From contig OX597829.1 in assembly GCA_951406725.2 (NCBI GenBank), forward strand, positions 50,716,001-50,780,000: DNA of 64,000 nt, read 5' to 3'. Origin of the DNA: Octopus vulgaris. Its lineage: Eukaryota. Each line of letters starts with the position of its first letter. The stretch's first letter is position 1. Shown here piece after piece: positions 39,349 through 52,837 of this stretch. Below the pieces are notes generated by a model. That model made no database searches, was not told the origin of the DNA, and saw nothing but the letters and a program-made list of their open reading frames with translations. The translations under genes and the position numbers were made by a program.

Positions 39349-40830
39349 CAAGGTTATTCAAAAAGAATGAAGCGATTTCATTACGCAATATTTTAATAAG
39401 AAAAAGCAGTAGAAAACTCCAGCTAAGTCACAAGTATTTACTCACAATCAACTTTTATTTCCTGTCTTGCAAGTGTTCAATATGCCACCAACTGCAGCAT
39501 GGGCAACAACAATGTGATAAGAGGATTCCTCCCAGACACATATCAGCATATCATGATCCCCTGGTGGTGGTGTTTAAGGTATTGGGTAGTGGTGGAACAT
39601 AAACGGGATCTTTTACATAACCCCACAAGAAAAAATCACACACGGTGAGGTCTGGGGATCTCGCAGGCCAAGCACAAAGAGCAAAGTTTTGGGGCCCCTT
39701 TCTGACCAATCCATCACTGGGGCACTTTTCCATTTAAAAAAGTTCAAGCCATCAGGTGCTAACAGGGCGAAGCTCCATCTTGTTGAAAAATGAAGTCATG
39801 CGAATCTGCTTGCAGTGAAGTGAAGAGACAGTTTTGGAGCATCATCATCATCATCATCATCATCATTGTTTAACGTCCGCTTCCATGCTAGCATGGGTTG
39901 GACGGTTCAACTGGGGTCTGGGGAGCCAGAAGGCTGCACCAGGCCAGTCAGATCTGGCAGTGTTTCTACAGCTGGATGCCCTTCCTAACGCCAACCACTC
40001 TGAGAGTGTAGTGGGTGATTTTATGTGCCACCGACACAGGTGCCAGACGAGGCTGGCGAACGGCCACGCTCGGATGGTGTTTTTTATGTGCCACCGACAC
40101 AGGTGCCAGACGAGGCTGGCAGACGGCCACGCTCGGATGGTGTCTTTTATGTGCCACTGACACAGGTGCCAGACGAGGCTGGCGAACGGCCACGAAGATA
40201 AATTTGTCCTGTAATGGTGTTTCCTTCAAAGTAAAAGGGACCATAACCCTCGTCCTGAGACACAGTACAGAAGACGTTCACTTTAGGGGAATCTCTTTCA
40301 TGCTCAACTGTTTGCTCTGTTCTCCAAATATGCACATTGTGACGAGTGACTGTGCCACTCAAGTGAAAAGTTGCTTCATCACTAAAAATTAAACGTGAAA
40401 TGAAGGTTTCGTCTTCCTTCATTTCCTGCATCAATTCACAAAATTCCATCCGCTTCATCTTATTGTTGGTAAGTGCCTGAACAAGGCATAGTCTGTATGG
40501 TTTCAAATGTAGATGTCTTCTTAGCACATGTCAGATATTGGATTGAGAGATTGCAAGCTCACGGCTAGCTTAACTTGTGGACTTCCACAGACTCCCTTCA
40601 AATGCAGCAGGGATTCTTACCACTTGTTTCTCCAAAACTCATGATCATCCTGGACTTTTTCCTTTACGTAGGCACCCACTCTCTTGAAACTGTTGAAACC
40701 ATCATTGAATGTTCTTAGGAGAGAGTGGATTAATGTCAAATTGTCTTTGGAAAGCATGCTGCACCATGACAACCAAATTTGTTTTTGAAAATTCAAGAAT
40801 GCAGAACACCTTTTCTTGGGACGTCTACTA
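39349..40830 (-). mobile_element. Degenerate Tc1/mariner element (rosa/DD41D-like), split by an RTE UTR insertion
   Basis: LIFSDEATFHLSGTV, EHERDSPKVNV, WPARSPDLTVCDFFLWGYVKD; ta|caaggttattcaaaaaga TIR. Confidence 0.85.
39839..40195 (-). mobile_element. RTE 3'UTR fragment with three 62-63-bp subrepeats
   Basis: Units start at about 40014, 40076 and 40139. Confidence 0.9.
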
Positions 40831-41073
40831 TATTAGGACTTTAACCCACATGGATATAAGCAGGATTGCACCTAAAGACTTAAGCTCATGGATCTATGCA
40901 GGATTGCACCTAAGGACTCATGCTCTAGTTTCTATAATTTCAGAAAGTTGAACTTTGAACTTTTATGCCCTTCTTTTCTTCTCTCATTCCCTCTCCTTAT
41001 TCTTTTACTCCCTTCCTCTATGTTATCATCTTATTGATATATACCATTCTCATTTTCCATATTTTTTCCATTT

Positions 41074-41130
41074 GTCTCTGGTGATGGAATATCCTATGCC
41101 TGGAGGATATCCCAGAAACAACTGTAAGAC
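41074..41130 (+). ncRNA. Type I hammerhead motif with long stem II and a core substitution
   Basis: GTCT-CTGGTGA-TGGAATATCCT..AGGATATCCCA-GAAA-CA ac TG-TA-AGAC. Confidence 0.6.
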
Positions 41131-41361
41131 TTTGAATGTCTTTCTATAATAATATTGTATATGACTTGAGGTGTTTGCTTTACCTTAATGTTTGAGGTCC
41201 TCTTTAACAACTATATATCTGCTGCTTTGGAAATCTGTAATGGCCCTGTAACTACCATCTCGGCTATAACCTTGGAGCCCCAGTAATCCAGTACAGCACT
41301 TACCTAGCATACCTAATCGTTTAGATCACCTGTGAACTAAACCCCCATACTTTGTATATAT

Positions 41362-41430
<69 letters not shown>

Positions 41431-41498
41431 TATATATTGTCAGTAAATCACAAATCCGAAAGAGAAGCACACTCTAAGTTATGAAGCAGTAGAGAAAA

Positions 41499-41688
41499 AT
41501 AGTTATGGTTGGTTCATAGGGTTACCCAACATTTCATGTCCATAAAGCACTTACCTTTACACAGGTCTTGACAAACCCTAATGGCTAGTTATAATCCACT
41601 GACTGTTAGGGTCTGAAGAGACATATGTAAGGCTAAGTGCTTCATGAACACAACACCCTGGGTAACCCTATGAACAGGCCATAACTAT
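41499..41688. repeat. Fold-back element with ~90-bp imperfect arms
   Basis: atagttatgg..gttcatagggttaccca vs tgggtaaccctatgaac..ccataactat. Confidence 0.85.
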
Positions 41689-41896
41689 CTTTATCTATCT
41701 GTATATATGTGCATACATATATATATATATATATATATATAATAATAATATAAATAATATATAAATATATGCATATATACATACATATATGTACATACCT
41801 ATATATATGTGTGTGTGTGTATGTGTGTGTGTGTGTGTGTACCATTGGCGATTTTTTTCCTCTGTCTTCCCTTCTCTGGATCTTTCCTTCTCCTAT

Positions 41897-41931
41897 GTTT
41901 CTGACGAAGAGCTCCGCCCGAAACGTTAAAC
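41897..41931 (+). ncRNA. Minimal hammerhead motif in a Penelope-like pseudo-LTR remnant (41840-42030)
   Basis: GTTT-CTGACGA-A-GAGC tcc GCCC-GAAACGTT-AAAC; palindromic ACGT stem III. Confidence 0.55.
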
Positions 41932-42035
41932 CCTCCTTCTTTCCTTGTTTCATGAGTGTCCAATAATACTATATTTCTTCCACGTCCTCGAGTTGTTGTA
42001 ATTTTTTGTGCTTTCTTGTTTGGATTAACTATATA

Positions 42036-42107
<72 letters not shown>

Positions 42108-42285
42108 TATATGGATACAGGACATCAAACAAAATGCTAAACACAATGAAAAACGAAAACATAGAAACAAAAACATAGAAACAAACTTTTATTCAAACAA
42201 CGAAAACAGAGAAAAGAGATATACAACATAAAGAATATTCCCCTTCTTCAGTTGACCCTGTTTCATCTACTCCACGTTTCGAAGG

Positions 42286-42339
<54 letters not shown>

Positions 42340-42824
42340 ATTCTCTGATAAGTTACAGGACTCAGTACAAACGTAGAGTATTCTTTAATACATTATAACA
42401 AATAGGCTCCAATTTCCAATACTCAGAAAGGAAATCGAAAGTGTGAGCCTGAAGTAACCATTTGTGCACGTCATTCACAAAGGTTTTTAAAAATGAAAGA
42501 ACACAAGGATAATTCTTTCCTTTAAACTTTCATTTCGTGTTTCAAAAATTATTCAGACAGTGGATGTTTCTAAAGTGGCTCAGTTTACCTGCTAATGATC
42601 AGAAATGAGCAACTCTGAGTACTGGTTATCTCCGTTGTGTTTTTCGTTTTGTCTTCTTCTTTACCAGCATCTCTTGTTTTAAATGTTATCTGCTCAAAAG
42701 ACAACTGACAAATGACCTTGTTCTCCACTTCACAAATGACAAAATGAGCTATTATTTTAAACAGGAAACCGTAGGTAGCTGCATTTAACAAGATATGTGG
42801 GCATTTTATTATATAACCTGTTTG

Positions 42825-43290
42825 AGTCAGGTGAAATCATTGTTGTAGCCAATGCCAGTACCACCTGACTGGCACCCAAGCCGGTGGCATGTAAAAAACA
42901 CCATTCGAGTGTGGTCGATGCCAGTGCCACTTGACTGGTTTCCATGCCAGTGGCATGTAAAAAGCACCATTCAAGTGTGGTCAATGCCAGTGCTGCAGGA
43001 GTGGCTCCCGTGCAGGTGGCATGTAAAAAATTTAAAAATCACTATTCAAGTGTGGCCGATGCCAGTGCTGCCTGACTGGTTCCATGCTAGTGGCACATAA
43101 AAAGCACCCGCTACACTCTCTGAGTGGTTGGCGTTAGGAAGGGCGTCCAGCTGTAGAAACTCTGCCAGATCAGATTGGAGCCTGGTGCCGCTTCCTGGCT
43201 TGCTAGTGGTCCTCAGTCAAACCATCCAACCCATGCCAGCATAGAAAGCAGATGTTAAACGATAGTAATGATGATGATGATGATGATGCT
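42825..43290 (+). mobile_element. RTE 3'UTR fragment
   Basis: 4 subrepeats, family motif, (GAT)n. Confidence 0.85.
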
Positions 43291-43802
43291 GATAATGATG
43301 ATGAAGATGATAGGCAAGAGGATATTTTTTAATACTGACAAAAGAAAAGTGGTACTAATATTATTCTAGAAAGATGAGTGCAATGGCAATAAAGCTAGAA
43401 TTCCAAACTAGATTCACTAAATCACTAAATCACTAAAGTCTTTGTTCAAGTTTCAACTTTCTACATTCTGGGTTCAAATGCCAGCGAGGTCTGATTTCAT
43501 CTCTTACGTGGATGAAAAGAAACGGATGCACATCATTCGTGGTTGCTTGTTCATTTGTACTATGTCCGGGTGTATCATGTCACCTGCTTGTATGAGGCAG
43601 ATGAAGAATATGTTATTCAAGGCTTTGTTTTGCAGCCAGACGCCGTTCCATGGCACTGACCCCCTCACCTGTTTTTGAAGTAAAGAATTTCTCATTCTTC
43701 ATGGATTCAAACGTATGGAGTAACTAAATGGGCAACAATACCGTCTGTAGTTTCATACAAGCGATCTCTGATGTGAACAAACATTCACACACACATAGAC
43801 AG

Positions 43803-43846
<44 letters not shown>

Positions 43847-44332
43847 ATGCACTCATGCATGGACATGCATACACATACACACACAAGCACACACATGCTC
43901 ACACACACATGTGTATGCACACATACATGTGCACTCACATATGCACACACACACACACACGCGATGGTTTGCCTTCAGTTTTCATCTCTAACAAATTCAC
44001 TCACAAAGCTTTTGTTGGTCTGGGGTCCTTGTAGAAGACACCCGCCCATAGTGGGATTGAACTTGGAACCAAAGTGACCTTAACTTCACAGTTCTGTTGC
44101 CCATACTACACACACACACACACACACACACTCACACATACATGCATACATGCATATGCACATACATAAACATATTTACATACATACATGCATACATACA
44201 AACAAACAAACAAAAATATTCTGCTGTTGATGTTGAAAATCCAATGAAGGAATTTGGGTCTGTGTTACAAACTGACCCTTTCTCTATTGGCAAGAAATCT
44301 TGAAATAAAACTGAACAGTGACATACACACAT

Positions 44333-47273
44333 GACGATTGCTTTATCTTGAGAGATGATAGCCATCCCATCAACACACGTACCACACCCCTTTCACGTAG
44401 CACAATCACTCCGTTGATGCGCTCTTAGATGACTTTTAAGACCAACTGCTGACTGACAGGGTTTAAAACACAAGTGACAGATATTATTCAAGTGTCTTCT
44501 ATATCTTTGCCCTTTGGAATCTGATTCTGAACATATGTTTTTTGTGAACTAGCATATGTCTTATAAGTCCAGATATTGTCTAACAAGATTTTTAACATTT
44601 GGCACACATCGTAAGAGGCTGTTGGTGTCCAAGATCATTACCTATCTGGGCATTACGATTTTCATGTGATTTCATATGATTTATGTATCCTGCTTTTGAC
44701 AACAGAACATGATCACATATAATACATATCCAATGTTTACTGTTGATTACAGTTCCAATTGTTCCTTTGCGATGGGCCCTTTTAAGTTCAGAGTGCTGAA
44801 TCATCTTTTCCTCCCAAGCATTGCAACCAGTCCTAACAGTACCCCTCCACTTGTTCTGATCTAGAGCATCATTTTCCCAATCACATTTGTTCATATCTAG
44901 TTTCTTCAGGTTTTCCTTCACACTGTCTTTATACCTTTTCCTCGGCTTATGTTGTGGTCGCTTACCAGAGTTGATCTCACCATAAAAAAAGACACTTTGG
45001 TAAACGCTCATCTTTCATTCTAATAACACGTCCAGTCCATCTCTTTTGAGCCAAGATAACATGTTGTTTAATTGAGCTGCAACATGCCATGCACAAAATC
45101 TTTGACTCCTAAGATATGTCTGAGGCATTTTTGATGAAATCTCTCCAGCATTTCTATGCGATACTTATAATGGTCCGTGTTGCTCTTGAATAAACAAGTG
45201 CAGACAATACACACGCTTTAGACACTGATTTTTATCTGCAGGGAAATACCTCTATCTGCCCATACTCGCTTTTCGAGCTTTCCAAATGCAACACTCCCCT
45301 TCCCTATTTGATAGTATATCTCTGCATCAAGACCACCATCTCTAGACAGTGTGCGTCCAAGGTAAACAAAGGAGTCAATGACTTCTAACCTTGTTCCATT
45401 CACAAAAATGTTTGGTTCAGAAAATGCTTGTCCTGGCATGGGAGTAAACATTACTTTAGTTTTCCCCAAACTAATTGTGAGTCCGAAATGTACACATGCA
45501 GTGGGAAGGTTGCATCTCCACCTCTGTATGTGCCAACAAATCAGCATCATCAGCAGAAAGTAATTCTCTCACAAGTATTTTGAAAGTCTTTGCTTTGCAG
45601 CTAAACCGGGTCAAATTAAAAATATGACCAGATGTCTGGAATCTGATTCTGATTCCCCTGTTGCAATCCTTGAAAACTTACCAAAGCAATGCAGCAAAAT
45701 AAATAGAGAAAAGTGTTGGGGCAGGAATATCTCCCTCTTTGACACTGTTGTCCACCAAAAATTCGTGAGATAGCTCGCCATTAAAAATTACCTGAGCTTT
45801 CATGTTTCTGTGTAGTTCCTTAAAAATGCTCACAAAATGTGTCAGGCAACCAAGTTTACACAAAATAATCCACAGTGCCTTCCTGTTTACCATGTCAAAT
45901 GCCTTTGTTAAATCTATGAAGACCTGGTATAGTGGCATTTGTTTCATTAAGCATTTTTCTTGAACCTGCCTCACAGAAAATATCATGTCCATTGTTCTTC
46001 ACTCAGGTCAGAAACCACACTGTCCTTCAGGAATCACATGTAGACACACATTCTCAACAAGACAACCTAACATGATCCTTGAAAGTATCTTCCCAGTATG
46101 TGCCAGGAGAATTATCTCTCTAGAATTACCATACACTTTTGGGCCCTTACCCTGGTATACAGGGATTAGAATGCCATTTATCCATTCTTGTGGCACAGAA
46201 GATTCATTCCAAACTCGAGTTATTAGGTTATGAGTTTCAAATGAAATATGATTCCCATCTGCTTTCAGAATTTCAACTGGAATACCATCCAATCCAGGAG
46301 CTTTACCTGATCTCAGTTTACATAATGCCAGATTTGCTTCTTCAATGGAAGGTGTATCATCCATGTAGTGCACTTTCTCTCTCTGTGGAATATTGCTTAT
46401 GATATCCATGTTCACTACAGATAGATTGTGGAAAAGATATGCAGTGTTCTCTCAATCTATTCATTATTCCAGAAGGATCTTTAATAACCTCATTTCCATC
46501 TTTTGACTTCAAGGGAACAAATGATGATGAAAATTGCAGTCCAAAAGCTTGCCGCAATAAACTATAGAAACATTTAATGTCTTTCCTGTCATAGGCTGCC
46601 AGTACTTCCTCAGACATATTTCTCCACCATGTGTCTTTAAGCCTCCTGAGTTCTTTTTGTAAGTTAGCTTTCTGAGTTAATACAAAGTCAATCATGTGAC
46701 CTTGCTTTGATCTTGGGTGAATTCAGGTAATTTTATGCTTCATCTTATGATGAAAGAAAGTATTTCTAACAACCAGCCGCAGCTCAGAGAACCTTTGTAG
46801 CAGATGCAACTCATTGTTATTCGCTTTTCCTATTCCGTAACGCCCAAGTACATTCCAAGCACCATAGTCTATACCAACCCGTGTATTAAAGTCACCAAGC
46901 ACAACCAGCTTCTCATTCAAAAGAACTGACAGAATACTTCTTCTAAGCTCCTCATAAAATGCATCTATGTTTTCTTCACTAGCTGAAAGTATAGGAACAT
47001 AAATAGAGAAAACAGTTATGAAACATCCACAAGAAAGAGGGATTTTGAGTTTCATTATGCGTGTATTTATGCTTTGTGGTTGTTCTAGGTCTTTTAGCAA
47101 ATCACTTCTAATTGCAAACCCAACACCACCTTCCCTTTTCTCTCCCTTCAGCTTCCCAACCCAGAATAATGTGAAACCTGCTGCTCTTTCAACAAGATCA
47201 TCTTCATCTGAACATCTTTCAGAAAGAGCTGCAATATCAACATTAAGACGCTTTAGCTCCTTAGTTACTAGAG
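44333..47273 (-). mobile_element. Near full-length degenerate RTE-BovB LINE (APE endonuclease, RT, C-terminal C2H2 fingers)
   Basis: VDIAALSE, LVVLGDFNTRVG, KAPGLDGIP, FIDLTKAFDMVNR, FVYLGRTLS, CIICDHVLLSKAGYINHMKSH; multiple frameshifts. Confidence 0.92.
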
Positions 47274-47349
47274 GTTAGAAACTGGCTCTTTCTCTATTGG
47301 CAAGAAATCTTAAAATAAAACTGTACAATGACATGTATACATACATGTA

Positions 47350-47580
47350 TGTATGTCTGTGTGTCTGTGTTTGTCCCCCCCAACATCGCTTGACAGCTGA
47401 TGGTGGTGTGTTTACGTCCCCATAACTTAGCAGTTTGCCAAAAATAAAAAAAAACGATAGAATAAGTACTAGGCTTTCAAAGAATATGTCCTGGGGTCAA
47501 TTTGCTTCACTAAAGGCAGTACTCCAGCATGGCCACAGTCAAATGACTGAAACAAGTATAAGAGAAAAAGAGAAAAAGAG
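47350..47580 (+). mobile_element. SINE family B, 3' half
   Basis: Family match. Confidence 0.8.
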
Positions 47581-47607
47581 AATACATACATACACACCAT
47601 GTGTGTG

Positions 47608-47654
<47 letters not shown>

Positions 47655-48773
47655 ATGTGTGTAAAACAGACGTCAAAGCATGGTGCAGACTGTCAAACCA
47701 TCCAACCCATGCCAGCATGGAAGGAGGATGTTAAACGATGATGATGATGATGATGATGTGTGTGTGTGTGTACAGGAGCTTCTTTCAGTTTCCATCTATC
47801 AAACTCCACTCACAAGGTTTTGGTCGGCCCAAGTCTACAACTACAGAAGCAAACGCTTGCTTACAGTGCCACGTTGGTTACGTTGGAACATCTAACCGGA
47901 ATCTAATGGAATTTCACTTGAAACCAAGATTATCAAACAGATTATCTGCACGCTGCAGACATACGGCTGCTGAAACCAAACAACTAATAAAATTTAAAAC
48001 ATCTCCATGAATGAGCATGAATGACAAGAGATACCCTACAACACATGGAATTGGTAATTACAATATGGCAATGTTACCTGCATAATTTGGTAGCCTTAAG
48101 TCATTCTTTAGAAATAAATGAAATAAACCAAAACGGAACCAATTTCATTCATGTCAAAATTACATTTCTTTGAATGTTCTGGCTATGAATAATTCCTCGA
48201 TAACATTCCTTAGTTACATAAATTCTACACAACATAGAAGTTCCTGTTTATCATGCCATAGTTACCATATTGTATGATGTAGGATATCATTTCCTTTGTA
48301 TTATTCCGTAGTCACCATGATCTACGTAAGGCAGAAAAGTTCTTTTATAGCATTCCATGACGTCAGAAAAACTGTTACAGTTGGGTTACTACAGTACATC
48401 AATTTCCCTTTTCCTAATTTATAGATCTTTATCACGCATGCTTATATTGGCTTGTACGTAAATGTGAACATGCACATACATGCTCAGATGCACACGCACA
48501 CACACACACACACACTCTCTCTCTCTCTCACACACACACACTTGCACAAGTACATTATACGCACATTCCCATACATATATAATGCTATGCACAAAATTCT
48601 CAGACCGTGAGTTATTTTTTAAAACTTTTTGCTAATTAGAAATAATAATGTGTGTGTGTGTATGTGTGTGTGTATGTATATATATATATGTACAATAGCA
48701 GTCTATTCCTCCTGTTTGGGTCACCAAACCTGTATGTATGTGTATATATACGTATGCATGTGTGTATACATAT

Positions 48774-48809
<36 letters not shown>

Positions 48810-48916
48810 CATCATCATCATCATCGTTTAGCGTCCGTTTTCCATGCTAGCATGGGTTGGACGGGTCAACTGGGGTCTGTGAAGCTGGAAGGCTTCGTCA
48901 GGCCCAGTCAGATCAG

Positions 48917-48952
<36 letters not shown>

Positions 48953-48953
<1 letters not shown>

Positions 48954-49360
48954 TCTTTGCTCTTTTGCTCTTTTACTTGTTTCAGTCATTTGACTGCGGC
49001 CATGCTGGAGCACCACCTTTAATCGAGCAACTCGACCCCGGGACTTATTCTTTTGTAAGCCAAGTACTTATTCTATCGGTCCCTTTTGCCGAACCGCTAA
49101 GTAACGGGGACATAAACACACCAGCATCGGTTGTCATGCAATGCTAGGTGGACAAACACAGGCACACAAACACACATACGCATATATATACATATATACG
49201 ACGGGCTTCTTTCAGTTTCCGTCTACCAAATCCACTCACAAGGCTTTGGTCGGCCCGAGGCTATAGTAGAAGACACTTGCCCAAGGTGCCACGCAGTGGG
49301 ACTGAACCCGGGACCATGTGGTTGGTAAACAAGTCTTACCACACAGCCACTCCCGAGCCT
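48953..49360 (-). mobile_element. SINE family B
   Basis: Family match. Confidence 0.9.
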
Positions 49361-49571
49361 ATATATATATATATATACACACATGCATATATGTTGCTAA
49401 TGGGGCAGTTATCTACCCTGTCACAATATATAAATGTGCTTTTATGCAGCTGTAAGTGACTTAACTCTTATTTCTAGCAATGCATATGCTTGTAGTGCAT
49501 ACAGTCACAATTTGTGATGACTAGATTTTGAACATACAGTTTACATTGTTTGATTTTATACTTGTATATAA

Positions 49572-49650
<79 letters not shown>

Positions 49651-49673
49651 ACTCTCCCATTGGTTTCAATGTA

Positions 49674-50345
49674 CAGAGGTTGGACAAAATAATGGAAATA
49701 CCTTAAAATTTCAAACAAATTTATTTTAATATGGGGTAGTACTGCCTTTGGCAGTAATTACACCTTGAATTCTATGAGGTATGGACTTGTACAAAGTTTG
49801 AATTGTTTCCGAAAGAATTTGTCCATTCTTCAGCTAAAACAGTCTCCAGTTCTTGTAGTGATGATGGTGGAAGATATCGATTCCTTATTTGTTTTTCTAA
49901 AATGTACCATAAATATTCATTAATATAGAGATCTGGGGACTGTGGTGGCCAGATAAGATGTTCAACTTCACTAGAATGTTCCTCGTGCCATTCAGTAACA
50001 ACTTCAGCTGTGTGAATTGGTGCATTATCATCCTGAATGATTGCGTTTCCCTCTAGAAACAGTTCCACAACCATAGGATGAATTTGATCAGATAAAATGC
50101 TTAAATAGCCTTCACTATTAATTCTGCCACGAAGGGAAACCATTGGGCTGGTGGATTTCCAAGATATAGCCCCCCCCCCCTCCCCGATCATCACAGATCC
50201 TCCTCCATGTTTAATAGTTGGAAGAAGGCAGTCTGGGTCAAATGCTTCTTTTGGCTGTCTCCACACGTATACTTGGCCAGTGGTCGGAAATAAGGTAAAG
50301 AATGACTTGTCTGAGAAAATAACATTCTTCCACTGCTCCACTACC
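49674..50345 (-). mobile_element. Tc1-family transposon 3' half, catalytic domain with DD36E spacing
   Basis: VIFSDKS, QDDNAPIH, WPPQSPDLYINE; ta|cagaggttggacaaaataatggaaa TIR. Confidence 0.88.
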
Positions 50346-51030
50346 AGGCTGGTTGTACATGGAGACTTTGGGTATTCTTTCATCACTTATTCTGAAGACA
50401 TGGCCAGCCAAGCACAATTGTGACTGCATAAGGAAGCTCTCGATTCCACCAATCTTACACTTGCTAAACAGGTCGGTATTGGACACAGTCTTTTACTAAT
50501 AACCTCAGATTGTCCTGAGAGAGTCTTTGTGGAAGACATCAAGCTGGTTAATGTGCCATCTACAAGGTTTCCATGATTCTGTGCCATACAAGAGAGTAGT
50601 ATGAATGGCAGCTTTACAGACCTGTACTTTGGTGTCAGGTTTAATGCCCCCTTTCGTTTGATAGGTGATGACAAATTTTGGCAAAAAATGTGTTGGTTGC
50701 TTTTGGAAGATGGTTAAAGATTTCATCAGCAAGGGAAGTGTTTGAGTTCACTTCACTACCAAGATATGTAAATAACTTCATGTACTTTACATTTTTTTCC
50801 CACTGACCTTTATAGGAGTGTCAGGGAAATTGTGAACCAGTGGCCTCTTCTTGATTCCTTGAATTTGCTAGGAGTAGGGTAAGCTTGGTGGTTCTTGCCC
50901 ATCTTTGCAATGCTGTTAGTCAAGATGAAGGTTTTTACATGCAGCAGAAAACTGGTCAAGAAGTTCCTGAGATTCCTCTAAGGAAGTCACTACTAGTGAG
51001 TGCAGCACTGTCGGCAAAAAGTAGATCATG
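50345..51030 (-). mobile_element. RTE-BovB RT/C-terminal fragment
   Basis: TKVQVCKAAIHTTLLYGTESW; LAGHVFRISDERIPK. Confidence 0.8.
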
Positions 51031-51435
51031 AATGATATTGGTGTGTGTGTGTGAAAAGAGGTAAGCTAGAAATGGTCAGTATGGTAAACATGTAGTAGTG
51101 CTCAAATGATTTTAACTTAAACTCCTAAATCTTTATCAAAGAGCAACTCTGTGGGGTAAAACGTGGCTATAAGAGAAATCTAGGTGAGCTAGTATGGGGA
51201 TAGTGATGCAGATAAAAATAATTATGCTTTATTTGTATATATATGTATTTATAACAATAATCAATTGTTATAATTATAACAATAATTTTAGTTATAATTA
51301 TAATTGTTATAATTATATATAAAAAGACTTTTTGTATAAGGTTTTACCGAATATGGTTCTTTTCCATACCGCAAACTACTTGGTAAAATTTGTTAATTGT
51401 ATTAAATTAATAAATTTTTTACCCTATATCTAAAG

Positions 51436-51468
<33 letters not shown>

Positions 51469-51570
51469 TGGATACACAAAGATATACATGGAAAGAGAGA
51501 CATATATAGATCCATAAAACTAAAAATATTCAGAAGATAAACACATATGTACAAGCATATATTTTTATTA

Positions 51571-51965
51571 GGCCGTTGCCAGCTTCGCCTGCCCCCGTGC
51601 CAGTAGCACGTAAAAAGCACCATCCGTCCGTGGCCGTTTGCCAGCCTCGACTGGCCTCCGTGCCGGTGGCACATAAAAGAACCAACCAATCGTGGCCGTT
51701 GCCAGCCTCGCCTGGCCCCCGTGCCGGTGGCACATGAAAGCACAATCCATTTGTGGCCGTTTGCCAGCTTTGTCTGGCACCTGTGCGGGTGGCACGTAAA
51801 AAGCACCCACTACACTCACGGAGTGGTTGGCATTAGGAAGGGCATCCAGCCGTAGAAACACTGCCAGATCAGACTGGGCCTGATGCAGCCTTCTGGCTTC
51901 ACAGACCCCAGTTGAACCGTCCAACCCATGCTAGCATGGAAAGCGGACGCTAAAAAAATGATGAC
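51571..51965 (+). mobile_element. RTE 3'UTR fragment
   Basis: 4 subrepeats and family motif. Confidence 0.85.
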
Positions 51966-52103
51966 ATAAAAAATACAGAATACTAAGGAGAGCCTGCGTC
52001 ATTTTATAGCTCAACAGCTTTTTCTACAAGATTGGAATTCATAATAACCATAATGTTCATAACACACACATATATATACATCTAAATACTGGAATAAGCC
52101 CAT

Positions 52104-52137
<34 letters not shown>

Positions 52138-52141
<4 letters not shown>

Positions 52142-52360
52142 TGTCTTTGTGTCTGAGTTAGTTCCCCATCACTGCTTGGAAACTGGTGTTGGTGTGTTTA
52201 CGTTCCTGTAACTTAGCTGTTTGGCAAAAAGAGCCCAATAGAATACACAGTAAGCTTTAAAAAATTAGTCTTGGGATCAATTTGTTTGAGTAAAATCTTT
52301 CAAGGTGGTGCCACACCATGGCCACAATCTAATGACTGAAACAAGTAAAAGATAAAAAGA
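52138..52360 (+). mobile_element. SINE family B, 3' half, older copy
   Basis: Ends aatgactgaaacaagtaaaagataaaag. Confidence 0.75.
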
Positions 52361-52372
52361 TAATATAAATAC

Positions 52373-52405
<33 letters not shown>

Positions 52406-52837
52406 TACATTTATATGTGTGTATTTGTATCTGTGTGTTTTTGTATGTGTACGCATGTATAGAGGATAAATATAGGTACGTATGTATAGCATCATTATAT
52501 TATGAGAATTTAGTAACATACGCCATTTGAAATCTACACCGTATATGACCTGGTTTCAAAAAAGACATAATTACAACAACAAACAACAACAACAGAAGCA
52601 GCAGCAGTAACAGTAGCAGCAGTAAGAGTAGCAGCAGTAAGAGTAGCAGCATTGGCAGAAGCAAACTCGGTGGAGTTGTGGAGAGGGAGCACCGATTTGT
52701 TTTCCTTCCCCTTTTTTCTAATTAGAGTAGAAAGAATTTTCCTGGCAAAACTACTGAGGGAGAATAATTTGGAAAGAAATAACCAAATTTTTGGTAACAT
52801 GTTTGGCACTCTGTCATTACAACAGTTGATTTCCATG

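Noticed and set aside
49772-50386. Intact 204-aa transposase gene
   Set aside because: The N-terminus is borrowed out of frame from the adjacent RTE fragment, and the DNA-binding domain and left TIR are missing.
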